Shown here piece after piece: positions 9,567 through 17,987 of a DNA stretch of 64,000 nt. The stretch is taken from the NCBI GenBank assembly GCA_903857665.1, contig CAIOFV010000069.1, positions 10,381-74,380 on the forward strand. The letters run 5' to 3'. Under the pieces are notes generated by a model. It did no database searches. It had not been told where the DNA came from and worked only from the letters and a program-made list of their open reading frames with translations. Origin of the DNA: an uncultured Myxococcales bacterium. Its GTDB lineage: Bacteria > Myxococcota_A > UBA9042 > DTJE01. Within the stretch, counting starts at the first letter, position 1, and every line of letters begins with the position of its first letter. Made by a program: the position numbers and the translations under genes.

Positions 9567-10238
9567 ATGAAACCGTCCACTAACGATCCGCCTTCCCCGA
9601 TTGTCATGGGTACGGAGGTCGCGCCAGACGTGCGGATGCCCGGAATGGACAACACGACGCGCGGGGCAGGCCCGTCGGACGACGCGACGCTGGTCCGGCG
9701 GATGCGCGGCGGGGACCGCGAGGCGGCGACGGCGCTGGTGGGCCGGTACCTTCGGGCCGCCTACGTGGTGGCCCTGGCCGTGCTGGGCAACCGGCACGAC
9801 GCCGAGGACGTGGCCCAGGAGGCCTTCGTGGTGGCGATCGAGCGCATCGAGGAATGCCGGGAACCCGAGCGGTTCGCCGGATGGCTGATGACGATCGTGC
9901 GCAACCGATCGAGGAACCTCCGGGGTGCGATGCCCGCGCGCCGATCGGTCCCGTGGGAGGACGACACCCTGGCCGACGGGATGCGCGTTCCGGACGCGCT
10001 GGAGGATGCCGAGCGCCGCGAGGATGCGGAGCGGCTGCTCGAGGGGCTCGCCGGCGTTTCCGAGGTCCAGCGGCAGGTGGTCCTGCTGCACGACCTGGAA
10101 GGCTGGCGCCATGCCGAGATCGGCGCCTCCCTGGGCCTGTCCGAAGGCATGTCGCGCCAGCACCTGTTCATCGCGCACCGGTTGCTCAGGGAGCGCCTGG
10201 CCGGATCGGGGTTCCCGGGAGGTTCCCATGGATTCTGA
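9567..10238 (+). CDS. ECF (sigma-70 family, group 4) RNA polymerase sigma factor
   Basis: Region 2 (RGGDREAATALVGRYLRAAYVVALAVLGNRHDAEDVAQEAFVVA) and region 4 (VVLLHDLEGWRHAEIGASLGLSEGMSRQHL) are both present. The start is uncertain: alternative ATGs lie at 9606, 9636 and 9645. Confidence 0.7.
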   Translation: MKPSTNDPPSPIVMGTEVAPDVRMPGMDNTTRGAGPSDDATLVRRMRGGDREAATALVGRYLRAAYVVALAVLGNRHDAEDVAQEAFVVAIERIEECREPERFAGWLMTIVRNRSRNLRGAMPARRSVPWEDDTLADGMRVPDALEDAERREDAERLLEGLAGVSEVQRQVVLLHDLEGWRHAEIGASLGLSEGMSRQHLFIAHRLLRERLAGSGFPGGSHGF

Positions 10239-10563
10239 ACGGCTGGACTTCGGTGCCCTGGATCCGTCCGTGGACGCCGTGCGCTGGGACCGGCTCGTCG
10301 CCTCGGTGGCGAACCGGGGGATGGCGGCCCGCGCGGCGGCCTCCCGGCGACCGTCGGTGACGGATCTCCTGGCGGGATGGAAGCGGCCCGCCCTGGCCCT
10401 GGCAGCCGTCCTGGCGCTGGTCGCGGTCCCGGTGCTGCTCTTCATCGACCCCGCGCCGCAGCCGGCTGGCACGGGCAAGGCGGAGGTCGCCCTGGCCGTC
10501 GTCGACTGGGCCTGGGCGGGCCCGTCCCAGCCCCTGGACCTTATGGATGCGGTAGGGAGGTGA
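10228..10563 (+). CDS. Putative anti-sigma factor, a single-pass membrane protein
   Basis: The ATG at 10228 follows a GGGAGG ribosome-binding site and overlaps the sigma-factor stop by 11 nt. The protein is 112 aa with one transmembrane helix (ALALAAVLALVAVPVLLF). Its position immediately after the ECF sigma gene supports the call. Confidence 0.5.
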   Translation: MDSERLDFGALDPSVDAVRWDRLVASVANRGMAARAAASRRPSVTDLLAGWKRPALALAAVLALVAVPVLLFIDPAPQPAGTGKAEVALAVVDWAWAGPSQPLDLMDAVGR

Positions 10564-10567
10564 AACC

Positions 10568-10972
10568 ATGAGCGCTCCGACCATGCCGACGACCCGCCGC
10601 ACCCGGTTGCTGGCCGCCGCCGTGCTGGCCTCCACGTTCGTCGCCGGCGGGCTGGCCGGCGCCGGCCTCGCCCACCTCCACCAGGCGTGCAGCGCCGGGG
10701 AAGGGGGGTTCGAGGGCCACAGGCTGCCGCCACCCCTCGCCGCCCTGGACCTGAACGAAGACCAGTTGCGGCAGGTCCAGGAAATCCGGGACCGCTACCA
10801 CCCCCGCGTCCAGCAGGCCATGCAGACCTCCTGGCCGGTGCTGAAGCCGCTCTTCGACGAGATGGCCGGCGAGATCAAGGCGTTCTTGACCGAGGATCAA
10901 CGGACCCTGTTCGACCGGCTTCGGAAGGAAATGGAAGCACAGCGATTCGGGAGCGACGGGAGGGTTCCATGA
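10568..10972 (+). CDS. Periplasmic LTXXQ-motif protein (Spy/CpxP/ZraP-like chaperone family)
   Basis: Signal peptide, then two LTXXQ-like helical repeats (LNEDQLRQVQEIRDRY and LTEDQRTLFDRLRKE). GGGAGG ribosome-binding site. Sits between the sigma/anti-sigma pair and the efflux genes. Confidence 0.6.
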   Translation: MSAPTMPTTRRTRLLAAAVLASTFVAGGLAGAGLAHLHQACSAGEGGFEGHRLPPPLAALDLNEDQLRQVQEIRDRYHPRVQQAMQTSWPVLKPLFDEMAGEIKAFLTEDQRTLFDRLRKEMEAQRFGSDGRVP

Positions 10973-12174
10973 AGCGAGTATGGATCGGGATCGCGACCCT
11001 CGCGGTCGTCGGGATTGGAGTCGGAGCCTGGCTGATCTTCGGTCGGGCGTCGGCCCCCGCACCGGGGTCGCAGTACGAAATGGTGGAATCGTCCAAGGGA
11101 CCCGTGCTGGCCCGCGTCACGGCCACCGGCACCCTGGCCGCGACGGTGACCGTCGTGGTGGGAACGCAGGTTTCGGGACGCATCCAGGAACTGCTGGCCG
11201 ACTTCAACTCGCCCGTGAAGAAGGGCCAGGTGGTCGCCCGGATCGATCCCCAACTGATCCAGGGCGACCTGGACCAGAAGCGCGCCAATCTCCTCGCGGC
11301 GCAGGCGAACCTGGTGCGGGCCCGGGTGCAGTCGGAGGACTCGACCCGGCAGTACGAGCGGGCGAAGGCCCTGCTGCCGAAGAAGTTCGTGGCCGACGCC
11401 GACGTGGACACCGCACGGGCGAATGCCGATGCAGCGAAGGCCGCGGTGCGTTCGGCCGAGGCGACGCTGGCGCAGGCCCGCGCCTCGATGAGGCAGGCCG
11501 AAGTGAACCTCGCGTATACCACCATCGTATCGCCCATCGACGGCGTGGTCATTTCGCGCACGGTCGATGTCGGCCAGACGGTCGCTGCGGCCTTCCAGGC
11601 GCCGACCCTGTTCACGATCGCCGAGGACCTGCGCAAGATGCAGGTCCACTGCAACGTGTCGGAAGCTGACGTGGGCAAACTGAAGCCCGACATGACCGCG
11701 ACGTTCACCGTCGATGCGTGGCCGTCCGAGCGTTTCACCGGCACGATCCACGAGGTGCGCTTCGCGCCCCAGACCGTGCAGAACGTGGTGACCTACGACG
11801 CCGTCATCGACGTGGACAACAACGAACTGAAACTGAAGCCCGGGATGACCGCCAGCGTGACGGTGGTGGTGGCCGAGCGCAAGGACGTCGTACGGATCCC
11901 GAACGCCGCCTTGCGCTTCCGACCACCCGCTGACATGCAGAAGCAGGTCCCTGCCGAGGCGAAGGCCGACCCCTCCCCCGATCGGCGGATCGCGTGGGTG
12001 TTCCGCACGGACAAGGCCCAGCCGATTTCGCTGCGAGTGGGCATCACGGATGGCACCCTGACCGAGGTCGTGGAGGGGGATCTGCAACCGGGCGAAAAGC
12101 TGGTGTCGGACCTCGCGGGCGGCACCCCCAGCGGCGCAGGCGGCAACGCGGCCCCGCGGATGCGGCCGTTCTAG
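10969..12174 (+). CDS. HlyD-family periplasmic adaptor (membrane fusion protein, MacA/DevB-like)
   Basis: The ATG overlaps the upstream stop (ATGA) and follows a GGGAGGG ribosome-binding site. N-terminal transmembrane anchor, coiled coil, lipoyl domain and beta-barrel regions (VSPIDGVVISRTVDVGQTV). Confidence 0.8.
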   Translation: MKRVWIGIATLAVVGIGVGAWLIFGRASAPAPGSQYEMVESSKGPVLARVTATGTLAATVTVVVGTQVSGRIQELLADFNSPVKKGQVVARIDPQLIQGDLDQKRANLLAAQANLVRARVQSEDSTRQYERAKALLPKKFVADADVDTARANADAAKAAVRSAEATLAQARASMRQAEVNLAYTTIVSPIDGVVISRTVDVGQTVAAAFQAPTLFTIAEDLRKMQVHCNVSEADVGKLKPDMTATFTVDAWPSERFTGTIHEVRFAPQTVQNVVTYDAVIDVDNNELKLKPGMTASVTVVVAERKDVVRIPNAALRFRPPADMQKQVPAEAKADPSPDRRIAWVFRTDKAQPISLRVGITDGTLTEVVEGDLQPGEKLVSDLAGGTPSGAGGNAAPRMRPF

Positions 12175-12182
12175 GAGGGACC

Positions 12183-12971
12183 ATGGCGACCGGTGAGCAG
12201 CCCATCGAACCGAACGTCCTCCTCCGCCTGGACGGGGTCACGAAGGTGTACAGCCTGGGCGACGGGGTGGAAGTCCATGCGCTGCGAGGCGTGTCGCTGA
12301 CCGTCCATACGGGCGAGTTCGTGGCGGTCATGGGGGCCTCGGGGTCGGGCAAGTCCACGTTGATGAGCCTTCTGGGGTGCCTGGACCGGCCGACCTCGGG
12401 GGCCTATTTCCTGGAAGGCCGGGACGTGTCCCGCCTGTCGCGCAACGAACTGGCGGACGTGCGCAACCGCACGATGGGCTTCGTGTTCCAGTCGTTCAAC
12501 CTGCTGTCCCGAACCAGCGCGAAGGAAAACGTCGAACTGCCGCTGCTGTACGCGGGGGCCTCGACGAAGGTCCGCAAGGAGCGGGCCATGGAGGCCCTGG
12601 GCCGGGTCGGGCTGGCCGACCGCTCCAACCACCATCCGAACCAGTTGTCCGGCGGCCAGCAGCAGCGCGTCGCCATCGCGCGGGCGCTGGTCAACCAGCC
12701 CAGGATCCTGCTGGCCGACGAGCCGACGGGCAACCTGGATTCCCGCACCAGCATCGAAATCATGGCGTTGTTCCAGGAACTCGGCCGATCGGGGATCACC
12801 GTGGTGGTGGTGACCCACGAGCCGGACATCGCCGCCTACGCCACGCGGGTCGTCATGATGCGGGACGGGCGCGTGGTGGACGACCATCGCCAGGTCCCGC
12901 TGGCCGCCGTAGTCCCGCCGGCCACCGTCGAGGACGTCGAGGGCGGCGTCCTCGCGGGAGGTGCCCCATGA
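12183..12971 (+). CDS. ABC transporter ATP-binding protein (MacB/LolD/DevA-like)
   Basis: Walker A (GASGSGKST), ABC signature (LSGGQQQRVAIARAL) and Walker B (ILLADEPTGNLD). AGGAGGG ribosome-binding site. Confidence 0.85.
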   Translation: MATGEQPIEPNVLLRLDGVTKVYSLGDGVEVHALRGVSLTVHTGEFVAVMGASGSGKSTLMSLLGCLDRPTSGAYFLEGRDVSRLSRNELADVRNRTMGFVFQSFNLLSRTSAKENVELPLLYAGASTKVRKERAMEALGRVGLADRSNHHPNQLSGGQQQRVAIARALVNQPRILLADEPTGNLDSRTSIEIMALFQELGRSGITVVVVTHEPDIAAYATRVVMMRDGRVVDDHRQVPLAAVVPPATVEDVEGGVLAGGAP

Positions 12972-14197
12972 ACCCGTGGGTGACGTTCAAGGTCGCGTTG
13001 CGGGCGCTGCTGCGAAACAAGACGCGGTCCGGCCTGACCATGCTGGGCATCGTCATCGGCGTGTCCGCGGTCATCGCGATGGTCGCGATCGGCGAGGGCG
13101 CCAAGGTCAAGGTCGCCCAGGCCTTCGACGCGATGGGCACGAACCTCCTGATCGTGATGTCGGGTTCCACCCAGGGCGGCGGCATGCGCGGCGGCGCGGG
13201 CACGATGCCGACGCTGACCTGGGGCGACCTGGCGTCGGTCCGGACCGAGGTCTCGTCCGTGAAGTACGCCGCGCCGGTCTGCCAGACGGGCGCATCGATC
13301 CAGAGCGACGAACAGAACTGGACGACCATGATCGTAGGGACCTCCCTCGACTACTTCGCGATCCGCAACTGGGCCATCGACAAAGGCGCGCTGTTCTCGC
13401 AGGCCGACATCGACTCGGGATCGAAGGTGCTGGTGATGGGGACCACCGTGGCCGAAAAGCTGTACGGCGCCGGGGTGGACCCGACGGGGCGGACCATCCG
13501 CGTCCGGGGCTCGCCGTTCCAGATCGTGGGCCTGCTGACCAGCAAGGGCCAGTCCCCCATGGGCCAGGACTACGACGACGCGGTCGTGATGCCGGTGACG
13601 ACGTTCCGGGCCAAGATCCAGGGCGGGCTGGCCCAGTACATCCCGGGCGTCGTCTTCGTGGGCGCCACGTCCTCGAAGACGACCTCGCGGGCCCAGCGGG
13701 ACATCGAGGACCTGCTGCGCGACCGGCACCACCTCCAGCCCGGCATCGAAAGCGACTTCTCGATCCGCAACCTCAGCGAACTGGCCGGCGCCAGCCAGCA
13801 GGGCACGCAGGTGATGACCAGCCTCCTGGCGGCGGTGGCGGCGGTGTCGCTGCTGGTGGGCGGCATCGGCATCATGAACATCCTGCTGGTCAGCGTGACC
13901 GAACGGACCCGCGAGATCGGGGTGCGCATGGCCATCGGCGCCAAGCCCCGGACCATCCTGGCCCAGTTCCTGGTGGAGGCGCTGACGCTGGCCGTGATGG
14001 GCGGCGTGGTCGGCATCGGGCTGGGCATCTTCGTCGCCCAGCGCCTTGCGGCGAGCTTCCAGTGGCCCCTGTTGATCCGCGGCGACATCATCGTGCTGGC
14101 CGTGGGCTTCTCGGCCGCGATCGGGATCGGGTTCGGCCTCTACCCGGCCTGGAAGGCCTCCCGCCTCGACCCCATCGACGCGCTTCGGTACGAGTAG
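12968..14197 (+). CDS. ABC transporter permease, FtsX/MacB periplasmic-domain type (DevC-like)
   Basis: ATGA overlap with the ATPase gene. N-terminal transmembrane helix, large periplasmic domain, and a C-terminal FtsX domain with three transmembrane helices (GIMNILLVSVTERTREIGVRMAIGA). Confidence 0.8.
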   Translation: MNPWVTFKVALRALLRNKTRSGLTMLGIVIGVSAVIAMVAIGEGAKVKVAQAFDAMGTNLLIVMSGSTQGGGMRGGAGTMPTLTWGDLASVRTEVSSVKYAAPVCQTGASIQSDEQNWTTMIVGTSLDYFAIRNWAIDKGALFSQADIDSGSKVLVMGTTVAEKLYGAGVDPTGRTIRVRGSPFQIVGLLTSKGQSPMGQDYDDAVVMPVTTFRAKIQGGLAQYIPGVVFVGATSSKTTSRAQRDIEDLLRDRHHLQPGIESDFSIRNLSELAGASQQGTQVMTSLLAAVAAVSLLVGGIGIMNILLVSVTERTREIGVRMAIGAKPRTILAQFLVEALTLAVMGGVVGIGLGIFVAQRLAASFQWPLLIRGDIIVLAVGFSAAIGIGFGLYPAWKASRLDPIDALRYE

Positions 14198-14218
14198 GAC
14201 GTTCGGCAGGAAGCCCGA

Positions 14219-16342
14219 TCAGAAGACGGGCGGAAGGCGGGGCTGCAGGCGCAGCGCGGCAGGCGGCGCCACCACGCGGATCGGCGCCGTCGCGGGATCC
14301 GGGAACACCGACGCGAACGGCTCTGCCGAGGACGCACGCGACACCGGTTGCGGACACGCCCCCCACTGGTCCGGAGCCGCCAGCAGGCACGTGCACGTGG
14401 CGATCTTCAGCGGCGCCAGGTACGCGTCGATCGCGGCGGCGTCCCACGTCATCGGCACCGTCCCGAACACCTTCAGCATCTCGCCCTCGACCAGAGCGCC
14501 GCCCGACCGGCACGCGGTGAGGCGCGACGGCTGCCTGGTGTCCGGAACGGCCACGATGCAGAACCTGTTCGCACTTCCCGTCGAGGCATCGGCCCAGTAG
14601 TCCATCACCACGGAGAACACCGCGTACGGCTGGCTGGAATCAATGACGGTCTCCGTTTCGGCGTTCAACCGCTGCACCACGCTGGAATCGATGCTGACCA
14701 GCCCCTGGCCCGCCAGCATTCCCGCGGCCCGGGGAGGGCCGAAGGACCCGACCTCGACCCGCGTCGTATAGGCGTCCTTCTTCAGCGTGGCGCTGGTGAA
14801 CGTCCCGTACAGCGGGTATCGCGTCTCGCCGTTCCACGCGCTGAGGTTTGCGACGGCCGCGGACGGGGAGGCCGCCCCCGTGGCGTTCACGAGTCCCCGG
14901 ACCCGGAACTCCAGGCGGTCCGGCTGGCCGCCGGCGAAAAATCCCGTGGGCGGATGGCACGTGACCGCAGGCTCGGTGGGCGGCTGCGCCTGCAACCGGT
15001 ACACCTCGGATTCGAACGCGCCGAACTGGGTCGGGTAGGCGCCGTTCATGTGGCTGAAGGTCAGGTCCGCGGCCGGGACGTCCACCGAGTTGGCCGAGTA
15101 TCCGTAGATCAGCCCCCCGTGGCCGAAGCCCTCGCCGGCCGGCGTGGTGAAGCGGGTCATGCCCAGCCCGTAGTCCTCCGGCTGGCCCAGGATGGTGCAC
15201 GGCGGGAACTGCATCATCGCGTCCAGCGATGCCTGCGACAGCAGGTCGCCTCGGACCACCGCCCGCAGGAAGCGCGCCATATCGTCCGTGGTGGTCACCA
15301 GGCCGCCCGCGGTCCAGGCCACCGACGGGTGGAACAGGTTGGCGCAGTCCAGCAGGTGATCGCTGACGAACATGTCGGACGGGATCACGCCCACCAGGTC
15401 CGGCGGCACGCCCAGGGCCGCGAAGGCCGGGCGCGGATCCATGTAGCCGTGCGCCAGCAGGGGGTCGTTCGCGCCGCCCATGTCCAGGTAGGTGTGCGCC
15501 AGCCCCAGGGGCGTGACGATGCGATCCCGGATCTGGTCCGCCACCGGTCGCCCCGTCGCCGCCTCGATGATCAGCCCCACGAGGATGTAGTTGGTGTTGG
15601 AATACAGGCACTGGCTCCCCGGCTCGAACTCCAGGGGCAGTTGCGACACGTAGGACAGGAGCCGGTCGGGAGCCATGGGCGTCTGGGGCGACGACAGGAT
15701 GTCCAGCCACATCGACTGATCGACCAGGTAGTCCTGGATGCCGCTGCGCATGCCCAGCAGTTGGCGAAGGGTGATGCCCTTCCACGCGTCGTAGCCCTTC
15801 ACCCACTTCCCGACGGTGTCGTCGAGGCCCAGCGTGCCCGCCTCGACCAGCAGCAGCGTCAGCGCGGCCATCACGGGCTTGGTGCTGCTGCCCACCCGGA
15901 AGGCCGCCCCTTCAGGCATCGCCTCGCCGGTCTGGAGGACCTTCACGCCCGACACCCCGGACCAGCGCTTCGCCCCGGGCACCTGCACGGTCAAGGCGGC
16001 GTTGTACTCGCCGCTGAACTGGAGGTATTCGTCCAGCAGGGACTGGAAGTGCTGGGCCAGCAGCGGGTCCACGGGGACCGGGCCCGGGTCGTCCGTCCCG
16101 TCGGTCGGCACGTCCCCGGGCAGGTCGGCGGGTGGCGCATCGGGAGGCGCGTCAACGGGCCCCGCTTCGGAGGGCACGTCCTGGGGCACGGGAACGTCCG
16201 CCGTTCCCGGATCGCCCGGCAGGTCCCAGAGCACGTCCGTCACGATCGTCGGCGACCCGTTCGACGACATGCACCCCGGGCCCGCCCAGGCCAGCGCAGC
16301 CGCCGCCAGGACCCATCCGACCCCGTTCGTCCGCATCCTCAT
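14219..16342 (-). CDS. Secreted serine hydrolase of the beta-lactamase / DD-peptidase family, with a C-terminal domain of unknown function of about 330 aa (lipoprotein)
   Basis: Lipobox LAWAGPGCMSS, S-x-x-K active-site motif (GSSTKP) and a YSNTNY motif. GGAGGA ribosome-binding site before the ATG at 16342. Confidence 0.65.
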   Translation of the reverse strand: MRMRTNGVGWVLAAAALAWAGPGCMSSNGSPTIVTDVLWDLPGDPGTADVPVPQDVPSEAGPVDAPPDAPPADLPGDVPTDGTDDPGPVPVDPLLAQHFQSLLDEYLQFSGEYNAALTVQVPGAKRWSGVSGVKVLQTGEAMPEGAAFRVGSSTKPVMAALTLLLVEAGTLGLDDTVGKWVKGYDAWKGITLRQLLGMRSGIQDYLVDQSMWLDILSSPQTPMAPDRLLSYVSQLPLEFEPGSQCLYSNTNYILVGLIIEAATGRPVADQIRDRIVTPLGLAHTYLDMGGANDPLLAHGYMDPRPAFAALGVPPDLVGVIPSDMFVSDHLLDCANLFHPSVAWTAGGLVTTTDDMARFLRAVVRGDLLSQASLDAMMQFPPCTILGQPEDYGLGMTRFTTPAGEGFGHGGLIYGYSANSVDVPAADLTFSHMNGAYPTQFGAFESEVYRLQAQPPTEPAVTCHPPTGFFAGGQPDRLEFRVRGLVNATGAASPSAAVANLSAWNGETRYPLYGTFTSATLKKDAYTTRVEVGSFGPPRAAGMLAGQGLVSIDSSVVQRLNAETETVIDSSQPYAVFSVVMDYWADASTGSANRFCIVAVPDTRQPSRLTACRSGGALVEGEMLKVFGTVPMTWDAAAIDAYLAPLKIATCTCLLAAPDQWGACPQPVSRASSAEPFASVFPDPATAPIRVVAPPAALRLQPRLPPVF

Positions 16343-16661
16343 CCGGTCCTCCGCCTCGCCCGGGACGCGCAATGCTACGCCCCGGAAGGCGGCGGGCCAA
16401 GAGGCTTGACCTCCGTGCAAGAAGCAGAGCAGATGTCCCGTTCAAACGCGGGAGCAGGCGTCCGGTCTTCGTCCCCGCGAATTCCCGGCCCGTTCCGCCG
16501 TCCAAACCGCCGTCTGCGAGGTGCGGGATGCGGCGTCACGCCGAGGCCCGGACGCAGGCCCCGTGCGGGGTCGAGGGTGTTGGAGGCACGCACTCCTCAC
16601 CTTGACAAATTCCCACCGGGTTGGGCACACTCGCGGGGTCTCGAACCCCCAAACGGAGGGA

Positions 16662-17033
16662 ATGATGTTTCTGAAGTCTTGGAAAGTGCTCGTGAGCGTC
16701 GTCGTTGGAGCCCTGTTCCTGATGGCGACGGTCGCCTTCGCCGCGGGCGCCCCGGACAAGGTGGACCTGGCGAAGTACAAGGGCGCCAAGAGCGTCGTTC
16801 CCTTCGACCACAAGCACCACGTGGACGCGAAGGTCCCCTGCGCCACCTGCCATCACAAGCAGAAGGACGGCAAGACGGTCCCGTGCCTCGAGTGCCACAA
16901 GAAGGACGCCGACGGCGCGACCCCGTCGTTCAAGGACGCCTTCCACAAGACGTGCAAGGGCTGCCACGAGAAGACCGTGAAGGAAAAGGCCGACTCCAAG
17001 GCCCCGACCAAGTGCGGCGACTGCCACAAGTAG
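16662..17033 (+). CDS. Periplasmic tetraheme cytochrome c (c3/c7 family)
   Basis: Signal peptide and four CxxCH motifs (CATCHH, CLECHK, CKGCHE, CGDCHK) in 123 aa. ACGGAGGG ribosome-binding site. Confidence 0.8.
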   Translation: MMFLKSWKVLVSVVVGALFLMATVAFAAGAPDKVDLAKYKGAKSVVPFDHKHHVDAKVPCATCHHKQKDGKTVPCLECHKKDADGATPSFKDAFHKTCKGCHEKTVKEKADSKAPTKCGDCHK

Positions 17034-17107
17034 CGCCCGGCTCCCCGAACACCTCGCCCCGCATTCTCGACGGAACACGAAGACAAGGCCCCGGTCCGCC
17101 CTCCCCT

Positions 17108-17962
17108 TCAGGCCGCAGGCGCGCGACGGGGCACCAGCCTGGACAGGCCCCAGATCGGCACGGCGAGGACCAGCGAGAACGTCAGGGAGAACGTCATCAC
17201 GCCCAGGAAGATCCCCAGGATCGGCGCGACGATCCTCAGCAACGGATCGGTCATGTTGCCGGCCCAGGCCGTGACGAGGTTCAACAGCAGCAGCCCGCCA
17301 GTCAGGACCAGGAAGCCCCACGCGGAGCCCTTCAAGTCGGACGGGCTCAGCCGAATCCCCGTTCCGATGGTGAACGCGAGGTACAGGAACACCCAGAACT
17401 GCCAGCGACCCAGGTTCTCGGTTCGGAACACGAGCCCGAGAGTCGAAAGGATCGTCCCCAGGACGCTGGATCCCAGGCTCCAGGCCGTCGCGAAGGAAGC
17501 CTCCGAAGTTTCGCCCAGTTGCACCTGCGGGACCCGTGCCAGCACGTCGGAGCCCAGCAGGAAGATCGACGCCAGGTACAGCACCAGGGTCCCCAGCACG
17601 ACCGGCCCGATGCCGATGAAGAAGTTCCCAAGGCCCGCCCACAGGCTGCGGCGGTTCCACTCGTGCTCGACGTACCCGAGGACGCCCGTGCGGGGATCCG
17701 GCGAAAAGGGCCGGAAGGCCGTGATGCGATGCCCGAACAGGGGGCAGAACATCGCGTGGCCGGTTTCGTGGATCACCGTGCCAAGCCACCCGAAGAGCAC
17801 GAGGTAGGCCGTCCGGCCCATCACCGCCAGCGCCCGGGATTCGACGAATCCCGCCAGCAGGTGCATCGCGAGGCCCAGGACCAGCGCGGGTCCCAGCAGC
17901 AGAAGCAACTGGAGGAGCGTCCGCACCGCGACCTCGGAAAGGTACTGCCCGACCGCGTCCAT
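17108..17962 (-). CDS. Polytopic membrane protein with an HExxH motif (putative M50/SpoIVFB-like metalloprotease)
   Basis: HETGHAMF sits inside a transmembrane helix and the protein has multiple transmembrane segments. GGAGGA ribosome-binding site before the ATG at 17960-17962. It lies 25 nt downstream of icmF on the same strand. Confidence 0.45.
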   Translation of the reverse strand: MDAVGQYLSEVAVRTLLQLLLLLGPALVLGLAMHLLAGFVESRALAVMGRTAYLVLFGWLGTVIHETGHAMFCPLFGHRITAFRPFSPDPRTGVLGYVEHEWNRRSLWAGLGNFFIGIGPVVLGTLVLYLASIFLLGSDVLARVPQVQLGETSEASFATAWSLGSSVLGTILSTLGLVFRTENLGRWQFWVFLYLAFTIGTGIRLSPSDLKGSAWGFLVLTGGLLLLNLVTAWAGNMTDPLLRIVAPILGIFLGVMTFSLTFSLVLAVPIWGLSRLVPRRAPAA

Positions 17963-17987
17963 GCCGTCCTCCGGAGTGCCACGCTTC

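Noticed and set aside
9471-10733. Upstream 420 codons of the 873-aa minus ORF (8112..10733)
   Set aside because: Only the part 3' of the ATG at 9470 is TolC-like. The remainder is antisense to the ECF sigma / anti-sigma / Spy-like genes and has junk composition.
16420-16661. Sigma54 or sigma70 promoter for the cytochrome c gene
   Set aside because: TTGACA-N17-GCACAC and TGGGCAC...GCGG are both poor matches. Left uncalled.
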